DNA from: an uncultured virus (IMG/VR IMGVR_UViG_2721755796_000006)
Taxonomy: Duplodnaviria; Heunggongvirae; Uroviricota; Caudoviricetes
Direction: 5' to 3' (one strand)
IMG/VR virus record: IMGVR_UViG_2721755796_000006
Length of the DNA: 64,000 nucleotides
Positions 18,770 to 28,883 of this stretch are shown here, one piece after another. Position 1 is the stretch's first letter. Every line of letters starts with the position of its first letter. The position numbers and the translations under genes were made by a program. The notes beneath the pieces were generated by a model, which had not been told where the DNA came from, made no database searches, and worked only from the letters and a program-made list of their open reading frames with translations.

Positions 18770-20730
18770 GGACCCTGAGTATTGACATAGAAACATATAG
18801 CAGTGTAGATATCCGGAAATCAGGACTGTACAAATATGTACAGTCCCCTGATTTTGAAATCCTTCTGTTTGCCTATGCTTATGACGATAATCCGGTACAG
18901 GTTGTAGACCTGGCACAGGGGGAGAAAATCCCGTATTTCACGGTCATGGATCTGCACAGGCCCGAAGTCATGAAGACGGCATTCAATGCGGCATTTGAAT
19001 ATTACTGCCTCAGCAAGTTCTTTGAGACACACCTGGAGCAATGGCAATGCACCATGGTCCATGCCTGGTACTGCGGATATGCAGGAGGGCTGGAGGCCAT
19101 CGGCAGAGCCATGGAATTTCCCGAAGACAAGCGGAAACTGTCCACAGGCAAGTCCCTGATTAAATATTTCTGTACCCCATGCGCCCGTACGAAACGGAAC
19201 GGTGGGCGTACCAGGAATCTACCGGAACATGCCCCGGATAAGTGGAAGCTGTTTAAGGAATACTGTGGCCAGGATGTGGTGACCGAACGGGAAATCAAGA
19301 ACCGGCTGGCGGAATATCCCGTGCCTGCATTTGAGCATCAGTTATGGGTGATTGACCAGGCCATTAACATTGGCGGGGTGGCCATCGATACGGTACTGAT
19401 AGACGGAGCGTTGGCTGTCAGTGCCCAAATGACGGAGGAGCTCACGGAAAAGGCCCGGGATATCACAGGGCTGGAGAATCCGAACAGCGTAGCCCAGCTC
19501 AAGCAATGGGTGATAGACAATGCGGACGTGGAGATAGAGAGCCTGAACAAGCAGACGGTTGCAGACCTCCTGGCCCAGGAGTCCGGAACCGATGATGTAC
19601 AGGCAATGCTCCGGATACGCCAGGAGATGGCAAAGACCTCTGTAAAGAAGTACCAGGCCATGCAGGACGCGCTGTGTGATGACGGCCGGGTGCGCGGGCT
19701 CCTGCAGTTCTATGGGGCCTGCCGTACAGGGAGATGGGCCGGAAGGCTTGTGCAGGTGCAGAACCTGCCACGAAACTATATTGACAGCCTGGATACGGCC
19801 AGGGAGCTTGTGCAGAAACAAAAAATAGATGCCCTCCGGATTATATACGGGAATGTGCCTGACACGCTTTCACAGCTCATCCGGACGGCATTTATACCTG
19901 GAGACGGATACACCTTCGCCGTGGCTGATTTCTCGGCCATAGAGGCGCGTGTGATTGCCTGGCTGGCGGGAGAGGAATGGCGATTGGATGTGTTCCGGAC
20001 ACACGGGAAGATTTATGAAGCCTCGGCCAGTACCATGTTCGGGGTACCGATAGAGAAAATAAAGAAAGGGAACCCGGAATACGCCCTGCGTAGTAAGGGA
20101 AAGGTCGCTGAGCTGGCCTTGGGATACCAGGGAGCCGCCGGAGCACTTATCCAGATGGGCGCCCTGCGGATGGGCCTTCATGAGGAAGAACTGCCGGACA
20201 TCGTACAGAGATGGCGGGCATCAAACAAACGGATTGTGGACCTGTGGTACAGCATAGAGCGGCACGCGGCGGAATGCGTGGAATATGGTGTGATATCATC
20301 CCTGCCGAACGGCATTTCCTTCTCAAGGGACGCAGACCGGATGATGATCACTCTGCCGAGCGGCCGTAAGCTGTTCTACCTTAAACCCCGGATGATTCCG
20401 GACGAGAGGAATTACAAGCGGATATATTTCATGGGGCAGAATCAAAAGAGCCATAAATGGGATTTGCTCCCGACCTACGGCGGCAAGCTCACGGAGAATA
20501 TCGTACAGGCCGTGGCAAGAGACTGCCTGGCCAACGCCATGGTGAACCTGCATACGGCAGGATACCGGATTAACTTCCACATCCATGACGAGGTGATACT
20601 GGAAATTCCCAAGGGCGGCAGGCAGAGTCTGGAGGAGGCAATAAGCCTCATGTGCAGGCCTCCGGCATGGGCTGAGGGGCTTCCTCTGAATGCGGATGGA
20701 TTCACGGGAGATTATTACAAAAAGGAGTAG
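18766..20730 (+). CDS. Phage family-A DNA polymerase
   Basis: SIDIETYS exonuclease motif, RTGRWAG, ADFSAIEARV, KVAELALGY, HIHDE. Confidence 0.95.
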   Translation: MRTLSIDIETYSSVDIRKSGLYKYVQSPDFEILLFAYAYDDNPVQVVDLAQGEKIPYFTVMDLHRPEVMKTAFNAAFEYYCLSKFFETHLEQWQCTMVHAWYCGYAGGLEAIGRAMEFPEDKRKLSTGKSLIKYFCTPCARTKRNGGRTRNLPEHAPDKWKLFKEYCGQDVVTEREIKNRLAEYPVPAFEHQLWVIDQAINIGGVAIDTVLIDGALAVSAQMTEELTEKARDITGLENPNSVAQLKQWVIDNADVEIESLNKQTVADLLAQESGTDDVQAMLRIRQEMAKTSVKKYQAMQDALCDDGRVRGLLQFYGACRTGRWAGRLVQVQNLPRNYIDSLDTARELVQKQKIDALRIIYGNVPDTLSQLIRTAFIPGDGYTFAVADFSAIEARVIAWLAGEEWRLDVFRTHGKIYEASASTMFGVPIEKIKKGNPEYALRSKGKVAELALGYQGAAGALIQMGALRMGLHEEELPDIVQRWRASNKRIVDLWYSIERHAAECVEYGVISSLPNGISFSRDADRMMITLPSGRKLFYLKPRMIPDERNYKRIYFMGQNQKSHKWDLLPTYGGKLTENIVQAVARDCLANAMVNLHTAGYRINFHIHDEVILEIPKGGRQSLEEAISLMCRPPAWAEGLPLNADGFTGDYYKKE

Positions 20731-20734
20731 GCTT

Positions 20735-23197
20735 ATGTTCGTGAATGACAGGAAAGTCAGAATATCAGTAGGTACGAGCAGGAAAGCCACGTCATGGCAC
20801 CGGCAGGAGCTCCTGTGGTCGGACTTCGTCCAACGGATATCCAGGCCGGAACGCACGGGTGAAACCTTTGCGGAGTATAAAGGGCTTACGAAGGCGCGTC
20901 AGGATGAATTAAAGGATGTCGGAGGCTTTGTCGGCGGGGAACTGAACGGGGAGGCCCGCAGGAATGAGAACGCCGGTGACAGGCACCTGGTGACACTGGA
21001 TGCGGACAACATCATCCCGGGAGGGACACAGGCGGTTCTGAATGCCGTGGAGGCACTGGGGTGTTCCTATGCCGTATATTCCACAAGGAAACATGAGGGC
21101 GCGGCCCCCAGGCTGCGCATCATCCTTCCATTGGACGTGGCATGCACGGCCGATGAATATGAGCCTATAGCCCGGAAGGTGGCGGCTTTCCTGGGGATAC
21201 AGATATTTGACCCTACCACGTTTGAGCCGGTCCGGCTCATGTACTGGCCAAGCTGCAGCGCGGACAGCGAGTATGTATTTCTTTATGGGGATAAGCCATT
21301 CCTGTCAAAGGACGGGGTTCTAAGGCTCTACCAAAACTGGCGCAACGTGGCAGAATGGCCTGAGGTACCGGGGGCCGCAAAGCTCCGCGACCGGTCGGCA
21401 AAGAAACAGGGTAACCCGCTGGAAAAGCAGGGGGTGGTAGGCGCGTTCTGCCGGGCATACGATGTGACGGAAGCCATAGCACAGTTTATACCGGATGCGT
21501 ATATCCCCTGCGGGGAGGGCCGGTATACATACAGCGAGGGCTCGACCATGGGTGGTGCCGTATTATATGAGGACGGCAATTTCCTGTACAGCCACCATGC
21601 GACCGACCCGGCCAGCGGTAAACTCTGTAATGCGTTCGACCTGGTCCGCCTCCATAAATTCAACGAGGAGGATTATGACGCGAAACCGGAAACCCCAGTG
21701 ACACAGCTGCCATCATTTAAGGCCATGTGTGAGTTTGCCCTGCAGCAGGAGCCGGTATCCAAGGCAATGGCCCTGGAGCGGTACAGGAAGGCTCAGGAGG
21801 ACTTTTCACAGCCTGACCAGGGGGAGACAGAGGTAGTCCCGGATTTTGAGTGGATGGGAGAGCTTAAGTGCAGCTCACGGACAGGACAGCCCCTCAATAC
21901 CATCGACAATGTCCTCATTATACTGAACCATGACCCAAAACTGAACGGGCGGTTCTGGCATGATGAGTTCGCAAACAGGGCGGTTGTTGGACAGGCTATG
22001 CCTTGGGAGGCACCAAAGGACAATTACAAGCCAAGGGCCTGGGCGGACGAGGATGACTCAGGGCTCAGGCATTATATAGAGAAAGTATACGGGATAACTG
22101 GGAAAGAGAAGATATATGATGCAATGGCTGTATATGCGACAAACCATAAGCAGCATAAGATAAGGGAATATCTGACTGGGCTGGTCTGGGATGGTATTCC
22201 GCGTATTGATACCCTGCTGATTGATTATTTTGGGGCGGAGGACAGTACCTATACAAGGCAGGCTATGCGCAAGACATTGGCAGCAGCCGTGGCCAGGGCC
22301 ATGGTCCCAGGAATTAAGTTTGACAGCATGCTGATACTGTCAGGAGCCCAGGGGGTAGGAAAGAGTACCTTCTTCCGCTTCCTGGGAAGGGACTGGTATT
22401 CTGACAGCCTGGCAACGTTTGAGGGCAAGGACGCCGCGGAGCTCATACAAGGATATTGGATTATAGAAGCCGGGGAACTGGCAGGCATGAATAAATCAGA
22501 AATGAACACAGTCAAACAGTTCATGAGCAAAACAGAGGATGTCTACAGGGAGCCATACGGAAGGCGGACGAAGCCATTTCCGCGTTCCTGTATTATTGTA
22601 GGAACAACCAATGACAAAGAGTTTTTGAAGGACCAGACAGGCAACAGACGGTTCTGGCCGATTGACCTTGGAAAAATCCCCAGCAGAAAAAACGTGTTTG
22701 GGCAGCTTCCAGGTGAGGTGGACCAGATTTGGGCGGAGGCATTTATGAGATGGCAGTGCGGCGAGAAGCTGTTTTTGGAGGGGGCCGTGGCGGAGGAAGC
22801 GGTACGCCAGCAGGAGGAACATAAGGAGAGCAATCCTAAGGAGGGTATCATCCGGGAGTTCCTGGGCAGGAAGATACCGGTAGACTGGAGCCGGAAGGAC
22901 CTGGCAGCCAGGAGAGAGTTCTGGAACTTTGCGGGGCGGGATTATGATGAGAACCTGCTTTTGCCGCGTGACAGGGTGTGCGCAGCAGAGATATGGTGTG
23001 AATGCTTTTATGGGGATTTGAAGATGATGAAGAAGTCGGATGCCCATGAAATCAACAGCATACTATCCGGTCTGTCTGGATGGGAACGGAGCTCCGGAGC
23101 CATTCCATTCGGCCCATACTATGGAAAACAGAGGGGATATGTCTTAAGCCAGGAGGCAAGATTAGATTGTTGCCCGGCAACATTCCAAAAATTGTAA
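20735..23197 (+). CDS. Primase-helicase, virulence-associated E (VapE) family
   Basis: N-terminal primase-like TLDAD...STRKH..PRLR; Walker A GAQGVGKS; DQTGNRRFWP. Confidence 0.9.
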   Translation: MFVNDRKVRISVGTSRKATSWHRQELLWSDFVQRISRPERTGETFAEYKGLTKARQDELKDVGGFVGGELNGEARRNENAGDRHLVTLDADNIIPGGTQAVLNAVEALGCSYAVYSTRKHEGAAPRLRIILPLDVACTADEYEPIARKVAAFLGIQIFDPTTFEPVRLMYWPSCSADSEYVFLYGDKPFLSKDGVLRLYQNWRNVAEWPEVPGAAKLRDRSAKKQGNPLEKQGVVGAFCRAYDVTEAIAQFIPDAYIPCGEGRYTYSEGSTMGGAVLYEDGNFLYSHHATDPASGKLCNAFDLVRLHKFNEEDYDAKPETPVTQLPSFKAMCEFALQQEPVSKAMALERYRKAQEDFSQPDQGETEVVPDFEWMGELKCSSRTGQPLNTIDNVLIILNHDPKLNGRFWHDEFANRAVVGQAMPWEAPKDNYKPRAWADEDDSGLRHYIEKVYGITGKEKIYDAMAVYATNHKQHKIREYLTGLVWDGIPRIDTLLIDYFGAEDSTYTRQAMRKTLAAAVARAMVPGIKFDSMLILSGAQGVGKSTFFRFLGRDWYSDSLATFEGKDAAELIQGYWIIEAGELAGMNKSEMNTVKQFMSKTEDVYREPYGRRTKPFPRSCIIVGTTNDKEFLKDQTGNRRFWPIDLGKIPSRKNVFGQLPGEVDQIWAEAFMRWQCGEKLFLEGAVAEEAVRQQEEHKESNPKEGIIREFLGRKIPVDWSRKDLAARREFWNFAGRDYDENLLLPRDRVCAAEIWCECFYGDLKMMKKSDAHEINSILSGLSGWERSSGAIPFGPYYGKQRGYVLSQEARLDCCPATFQKL

Positions 23198-23392
23198 AAG
23201 GCAACAACGGGAACAGGATGCAACAATCCAATGTTGCTGTAAAAACCCTTGATTTTCAAGGCTTAAGCCCTTAAGCAACAGTAGCAACATTCTTATATAT
23301 AAAAATATAAAATAAAGGGTAATGTATATATAATACCCCTGCGCCCGCATACGTGTATATATATATAGAATGCTGTAGCCCGTTGTTGCCAA
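23165..23392. repeat. GCAACA/TGTTGC repeats with TA-rich tract; putative phage replication origin
   Basis: About eight direct and inverted copies clustered at the end of the primase-helicase gene. Confidence 0.5.
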
Positions 23393-23414
23393 GGGATAAA
23401 GAGGAGGCGTCAAA

Positions 23415-23771
23415 ATGCTAGAAAAAGAGCTAGAAAAGAAATTCACGGAAGCAGTCAAGAAGTGTGGTGGTATCGCATTCAAGTTTGTCTCCCCCGGTAA
23501 TGTCGGCGTGCCGGACAGGCTGGTGGTACTCCCCGGAGGCCGGATTGGGTTCGTGGAGCTTAAACAGGAGGGGAAGAAAGCGACAGTACTGCAGAGTAAA
23601 AGGATACATGCCCTAAGGGAACTGGGGTGCGCAGCTTGTGTGCTTGACCGGGAGCCAGATATAGGCAGGGCAATCATGTACATAGCGTCAGATGCGGGAA
23701 AGGATCCGGCCTGGCTGGACTGGAAACTGAAAGAATTCCTTGAGGAATCGAGAAAGCGGGAGCAGCCATGA
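23415..23771 (+). CDS. VRR-NUC domain nuclease
   Basis: KFVSPGNVGVPDRLV...FVELK. Confidence 0.92.
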   Translation: MLEKELEKKFTEAVKKCGGIAFKFVSPGNVGVPDRLVVLPGGRIGFVELKQEGKKATVLQSKRIHALRELGCAACVLDREPDIGRAIMYIASDAGKDPAWLDWKLKEFLEESRKREQP

Positions 23772-25141
23772 AGTTTGTACCGCACGATTACCAGAGATAC
23801 TGCATCAACCGTATGATAACGGACCCTGCCCTGGGGCTGTTTCTGGACATGGGCCTTGGGAAGACCGTGATTACCCTGACCGCGGTCAATGACCTTCGGT
23901 ATAACCGTTTTGAGGTCGGGAAGTCGTTGGTAATAGCACCCAAGAAAGTGGCGGAGGATACCTGGACCCGAGAGGCCGGGAAATGGGACCATCTGAAACT
24001 GCTTCGGATTATCCCCGTGCTTGGCAGCAGAGAAAAGCGGATAAAGGCCCTTAATACCCCGGGAGATGTGTATGTGCTGAGCCGGGATAACGTGCAATGG
24101 CTTGTGGACCATTACCGCAACGCCTGGCCGTTTGATACGGTAATCATAGATGAGCTGTCCAGTTTCAAGAACCCGCAGGCCAAGCGTTTCAAGAGCCTGT
24201 GCCTGGTGAGGAACCATATACGCCGGATTTATGGGCTAACCGGTACACCGGCGCCAAACGGCCTTCTGGACCTGTGGTCCCAGATTTATTTACTTGATCA
24301 AGGGGAGCGATTAGGACAGCGGATAGGGCAGTATCGGGAAGAATATTTCTCGCCGGCATCCAGGAACCGGGACACTATTTTTTCTTATGCGCCGCTTCCA
24401 GGGGCAGACCGGGTTATCCAGCAGCGGATATCCGACATCTGCATCAGCCTGCAGGCAAAGGATTACCTGCAGCTTCCCGAGCGTATTGATAATGCTATTC
24501 ATGTGCGCCTTAATCCCAGGGAACAGGCGGCGTATGAGAAGTTTGAGAGAGAGATGTTTTTGGAGGTGGACGAGGCCACGTTGGATGCCGGATCCGCCGC
24601 GGTCCTCTCGGGAAAACTCCTACAATTCTGTAATGGCGCAGTATATGACGGTGACAAGAATGCAGTGGAGGTCCATGGTGAGAAGCTGGAGGCATTCAAG
24701 GAGATTGTGGAAGGCAGCCAGGGGAAACCGATACTGGTATTCTACAACTTCCAGCATGACAAGTCCCGTATCATCAAGTGCCTTCCGAAGGGACTTAGGG
24801 TAGCGGAACTTAAGGGCCCGGGCGTAATCAGCCAGTGGAATGAGCGGAAGATAGATGTACTCCTGGCGCATCCGGCAAGTGCCGCTTACGGACTCAATCT
24901 CCAGGCGGGTGGAAACATCATAGTATGGTTTGGCCTTAATTGGTCCCTGGAACTGTATCAACAGGCAAATGCCAGGCTGCACAGGCAGGGACAGACGGAT
25001 AATGTTATCATACACCATTTGATTGTATCCGGATGCATGGATGAGGATGTCATGGCAGCCCTGCAGAATAAGCAGGTTACCCAGGATTCATTGCTTACGG
25101 CCCTTAAAGCCCGAATAAGCAGAGTGAAAGGGGAAAAGTGA
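23768..25141 (+). CDS. SNF2-related phage helicase
   Basis: DMGLGKT, IIDELS, LTGTP, GLNLQ, QANARLHRQGQ. Confidence 0.93.
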   Translation: MKFVPHDYQRYCINRMITDPALGLFLDMGLGKTVITLTAVNDLRYNRFEVGKSLVIAPKKVAEDTWTREAGKWDHLKLLRIIPVLGSREKRIKALNTPGDVYVLSRDNVQWLVDHYRNAWPFDTVIIDELSSFKNPQAKRFKSLCLVRNHIRRIYGLTGTPAPNGLLDLWSQIYLLDQGERLGQRIGQYREEYFSPASRNRDTIFSYAPLPGADRVIQQRISDICISLQAKDYLQLPERIDNAIHVRLNPREQAAYEKFEREMFLEVDEATLDAGSAAVLSGKLLQFCNGAVYDGDKNAVEVHGEKLEAFKEIVEGSQGKPILVFYNFQHDKSRIIKCLPKGLRVAELKGPGVISQWNERKIDVLLAHPASAAYGLNLQAGGNIIVWFGLNWSLELYQQANARLHRQGQTDNVIIHHLIVSGCMDEDVMAALQNKQVTQDSLLTALKARISRVKGEK

Positions 25142-25449
25142 TGGAGGAAGTTAAGAAAACAGGATTGACCTTTATAGATACCAGGCGGCTGGCCAATATA
25201 GCCTACAAGGATATCAAAAATGGTTTTGTAGGCTTCGGTTATTACCTGAAAATCATCCGGGATGAAAAGCTGTGGCAGGGACAAGGTTACGACAGCTTTA
25301 ACGAGTTTTTGGGTGGTAAGTGGAACAGACATGAGACGTATGACCGGTATCCGGACAGTGAAACGGAATTAGTTGAGTTTCTGAAGGAGATCCAGAAATG
25401 TTCAGATGCCGGAGCCATATCAACAAGAAGATTAATGAGGAATATATAA
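25138..25449 (+). CDS. Phage hypothetical protein, possibly an internal-deletion chimera
   Basis: Coupled to the helicase stop; GYYLKIIRDEKLW..GYDSFNEF segment. Confidence 0.5.
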   Translation: MMEEVKKTGLTFIDTRRLANIAYKDIKNGFVGFGYYLKIIRDEKLWQGQGYDSFNEFLGGKWNRHETYDRYPDSETELVEFLKEIQKCSDAGAISTRRLMRNI

Positions 25450-25631
25450 TGACGAAAATAATGTTGACAGATACAAACCAGACCATACGGGTACAGTTAT
25501 GGACCAACGGAGCATGGAGGAAAAATCTTCGTGGCCAGGCCATTGGAAGCTATGAAGGGACTGTTGGCGTGTTACTGGATTGTGGTGAGTACGTGGATGT
25601 GCCAGAGGAACGGTTAAGAATAGTATTATAA
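25449..25631 (+). CDS. Small phage hypothetical protein
   Basis: ATG after GAGG, overlapping previous stop. Confidence 0.55.
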   Translation: MTKIMLTDTNQTIRVQLWTNGAWRKNLRGQAIGSYEGTVGVLLDCGEYVDVPEERLRIVL

Positions 25632-25913
25632 ATTGTGGACATTGGTGAAAACAGTAGCAATATAGGCTATATGCAAGTAGTCATGTAAATCCACAAAACT
25701 GACAAATTAAGATTTTTAGAAGGAGAATACAATGAAAAAATATGTGAATGACGACACCAGAGCTTTAATGGAAGAGCAATTCGCAGACTGTCTGGATTTT
25801 GAACAATTGGCTGATTTATACGCGGATTTTCAGTGTGTGGTGCAGGAATTAATGCTTGATAAGAGTAGGGCATTGACTGAGGACAATTAGAATTTGAAGA
25901 AAGAAGGTGTGAA

Positions 25914-26240
25914 GTGTTAGAAATATTAATCATACCAGAAAATATGCAGCGGGGCGATAGGATACTCGATGCAATATGCAATATTGAAACAGAACCTATT
26001 GCAGAATATAGCAAGGGGAGAAAAAGGATTCGTACCCAAGGCGGGACGATATATAAGGTTATTCGTCCTGAAATACGATACTTGATGGGACATAGGGCAG
26101 ATCAAGTGATTTTAGATTTTGCATTTGTGAACTCGTTGAAAAATGAAGTTGATTCAATTCTATGTAGTTCATGTGTTCTAACAGAGTTTCAGATCATAGA
26201 TGACAGAAAAATTTTAAATGGTTGTATTCGACCATATTAA
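25914..26240 (+). CDS. Phage hypothetical protein
   Basis: 108-aa ORF with AAGGTG RBS. Confidence 0.65.
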   Translation: MLEILIIPENMQRGDRILDAICNIETEPIAEYSKGRKRIRTQGGTIYKVIRPEIRYLMGHRADQVILDFAFVNSLKNEVDSILCSSCVLTEFQIIDDRKILNGCIRPY

Positions 26241-26262
26241 CATTTAAGAAGGGAACTACGGT

Positions 26263-26607
26263 ATGGAGAGATTAACAGATTGGATTAATGAGGAAAAAAC
26301 TGAGGTAAGCATACGGCATGATAGATTTCGCGATGCGATGATAAGATTAGCTGACTATGAGGATACCGGCCTGGAGCCGGAAGGGATATTGGCATTGAAA
26401 AGGCATGAAAGATGGATACCAGTACAGGAGCGGCTGCCGAAGGCGAAAGAGGATGTTTTGGTTTGCACAAAGAGCGGGTGGATTTTGATAGCCTGGTATG
26501 GCCCTAATGGTCAAAGGTGGCATATAACACCAGCAGATGCAGGAATCACTCGGGAAGATATTGTTGCATGGCTGCCATTACCAGAACCATTTAATCCACA
26601 AAATTAA
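26263..26607 (+). CDS. DUF551-domain phage protein
   Basis: MERLT start, RLADYEDTGLEP, WIPVQERLP...VAWLPLPEPF. Confidence 0.85.
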   Translation: MERLTDWINEEKTEVSIRHDRFRDAMIRLADYEDTGLEPEGILALKRHERWIPVQERLPKAKEDVLVCTKSGWILIAWYGPNGQRWHITPADAGITREDIVAWLPLPEPFNPQN

Positions 26608-26627
26608 CATTTTTGGAGGTAAAAGAC

Positions 26628-26945
26628 ATGGAAGGTAAGGAAGATGTATTAAAATCTCTGGAAAGTCTTATGGAAAGAATTGATAACGGAGATATTGAAG
26701 TATTTGCTCATCATAAGGCAGCCCTTAAAGAAGTAATCAAAGACTATCATATCAATAAAACACCGATGACAGCTTATTTTGGTTTGGAAGATTGGTTATA
26801 TAAAGAGGATGACAAGTCCATTGAAATTAAGTCTGCAATGATTTGGGGCGGTTTATGGGTGGTTAGTAAAATGGGGTGTATCAGTTGGGATGAAATGCGG
26901 AAATTATACGGCGAGTTTATGAGCAAACAAATGAATTTACGGTAA
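26628..26945 (+). CDS. Phage hypothetical protein
   Basis: ATG after GGAGGT. Confidence 0.65.
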   Translation: MEGKEDVLKSLESLMERIDNGDIEVFAHHKAALKEVIKDYHINKTPMTAYFGLEDWLYKEDDKSIEIKSAMIWGGLWVVSKMGCISWDEMRKLYGEFMSKQMNLR

Positions 26946-26977
26946 TCAGCAAAATTAAAATTTAGGAGGGGTGAATA

Positions 26978-27451
26978 TTGAAAAGAATTTTAGATGCATG
27001 TTGCGGAAGTAAGATGTTCTGGTTTGAAAAAGATAACCCGGATGTAGAATTTTGCGATATACGGGAAATGGATAGGACTGAATATTATCCGGGGAGATAC
27101 ATTGAAATCAATCCTGACACGGTATGTGATTTCACAGATTTACCTTTTCAGGATAGCAGCTTTTATCTGGTGGTATATGACCCGCCACACCTGGAATATG
27201 CTGGTGACCAGTCAATCATGGCTTTAAAGTACGGGAAGCTAAGGGGAGACTGGAAAGCAATGTTGAGTAAAGGTTTTGAGGAGTGTATGAGAGTATTGAA
27301 ACCAAACGGTATTTTGATTTTCAAGTGGAGCGAGATACAGTTCCCGTTGAGTGTAATCCTTCCTCTTTTTAGCCAGAAGCCACTATTCGGGAATCGCTGT
27401 CGAAAGAGAGGAAATAAAACACATTGGTTATGCTTTATGAAAGATAACTAA
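26978..27451 (+). CDS. Small SAM-dependent (probable amino-DNA) methyltransferase
   Basis: ILDACCGSKMFW motif I, VVYDPPH motif IV, RVLKPNG. Confidence 0.85.
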   Translation: MKRILDACCGSKMFWFEKDNPDVEFCDIREMDRTEYYPGRYIEINPDTVCDFTDLPFQDSSFYLVVYDPPHLEYAGDQSIMALKYGKLRGDWKAMLSKGFEECMRVLKPNGILIFKWSEIQFPLSVILPLFSQKPLFGNRCRKRGNKTHWLCFMKDN

Positions 27452-27477
27452 ATTAACATTTTGAGGAGAAATGAACA

Positions 27478-27669
27478 ATGGTAAAAATCCAAAAATGTAA
27501 AAGACATGGAGTCTGTAATGATTGCGGCAGACAGCAGTCGAATGATACGGAAATCTGGGAAATCAAAGCATCGCCAATTGGGCAAGGATGGACAACAATA
27601 ATGCTTTGCAGAGACTGTATGTTGTCATTACATACGGCAATAGCGATAGCGGCCACTCAGATAAACTGA
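27478..27669 (+). CDS. Small protein with two CxxC motifs
   Basis: CNDC and CRDC; GAGGAG RBS. Confidence 0.6.
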   Translation: MVKIQKCKRHGVCNDCGRQQSNDTEIWEIKASPIGQGWTTIMLCRDCMLSLHTAIAIAATQIN

Positions 27670-27835
27670 TATTTGTGATACGAAAGGAGAAACAGAAGAT
27701 GTACAAGGAGTGTATTAAAAAAGTACTGGAATGGTACAGCTTTGGCGTCATCGTAGGGGTGGGATTTTATATAGGATTAACCTTTGCAGTACAGGTCCTA
27801 AAAGTGGTAACGGACGTAATGAGGCAGTGGTGTCT

Positions 27836-28054
27836 ATGAAAAATAGAGGTAGCAAGCAGTCCAAGGTCAGCCGCATCGACCGTAACAAGGCCCTGGCCGC
27901 CCAAGCGGACGAGGCAATCAAGGAGCGCATCCGGACGGCGCCGGCCTACATGTACACCAGCCTGTGCCCGGTTCCGGGACTGCGCAGGCTGCCGAAGGGA
28001 GTGATACGGTATTATGAGACAGTGCTACATAGACAACGGGCGCCGCGGGTGTGA
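27836..28054 (+). CDS. Small basic phage protein
   Basis: MKNRGSKQSK... in-operon ORF. Confidence 0.5.
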   Translation: MKNRGSKQSKVSRIDRNKALAAQADEAIKERIRTAPAYMYTSLCPVPGLRRLPKGVIRYYETVLHRQRAPRV

Positions 28055-28134
28055 TGGCCAGAGGACGAACAAGGGAAGGATACGGTACGGGTGCTGGGCG
28101 TGCCCGTGGCTGGACGCGCGAGGAGGTGATACCG

Positions 28135-28635
28135 GTGAAACAGACGGAAGCATTGGAGGAAGTGGCCAGGCTGGCCGCAAGGGAAGCCCTTAAGGAGCAT
28201 GAGAAGCAACTCCGGAGGGAAAAGAGAATAAAGGTATTCCAGAACACCAAGAAGCTGATGGAGAATTATAACCGCATCTGTCAGAGCGTGGAGGAGGGAG
28301 TGGCAGAACTGTCCGACATGGATAATGGCGATGAACTGGAGGAGTTCACAGAGGAAGATATCTTTATCAACAGTATCCTCAAGAGCAAGCTCCGGAGTAT
28401 TGTCATGATAGGACATATAGACAAGTGCTTGAAGCTCCTGGAGGATGAGGAGTGTCGGAAGAATACGCATGAGAAGTATCTGGCATTCAAGTATTTCTAT
28501 CTGGATGGGATGACATACGAAAGTATTGCAGAGATTTACGGATATGGGGAGCGGACAGCCAGGCGGTGGATAACGGAACTTACGGGGATTCTTAGTGTAT
28601 ATCTCTTTGGGGCTGATGCCCTCATGCTGGATTAG
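28135..28635 (+). CDS. Late-gene transcriptional activator (ArpU/RinA-like)
   Basis: GTG after GGAGGTG; C-terminal HTH YLDGMTYESIAEIYGYGERTARRW; last gene before terminase. Confidence 0.75.
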   Translation: MKQTEALEEVARLAAREALKEHEKQLRREKRIKVFQNTKKLMENYNRICQSVEEGVAELSDMDNGDELEEFTEEDIFINSILKSKLRSIVMIGHIDKCLKLLEDEECRKNTHEKYLAFKYFYLDGMTYESIAEIYGYGERTARRWITELTGILSVYLFGADALMLD

Positions 28636-28883
28636 ATACTTGACAGGAGCGTGTCAAAATCGTGTCCTTGTCATGTCCGTTTGGATGATTTATAATTGTA
28701 ATATGCAGAATTGGATGAAGCGGAAAGCTGATTGATTTTGCACCCTCCCCCACAAATAGCGGCTACCAGGCGTTACAGCCTGGTGGCCGACTCAAACAGA
28801 TATATTTGACATTGTGTTTTCTCCCTTAGGGCCTTCACGGATATGTGAGGGCTCTTTCCCTGTACAGAAAGAAGGTGAGCCAG

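Noticed and set aside
23162..24217. 351-aa minus-strand ORF and the many other antisense ORFs
   Set aside because: Shadows of well-supported genes, without RBS or motifs.
25704..27674. Junction motif array as a CRISPR array
   Set aside because: Repeats are 12 bp and degenerate; intervening units are whole genes of variable length.
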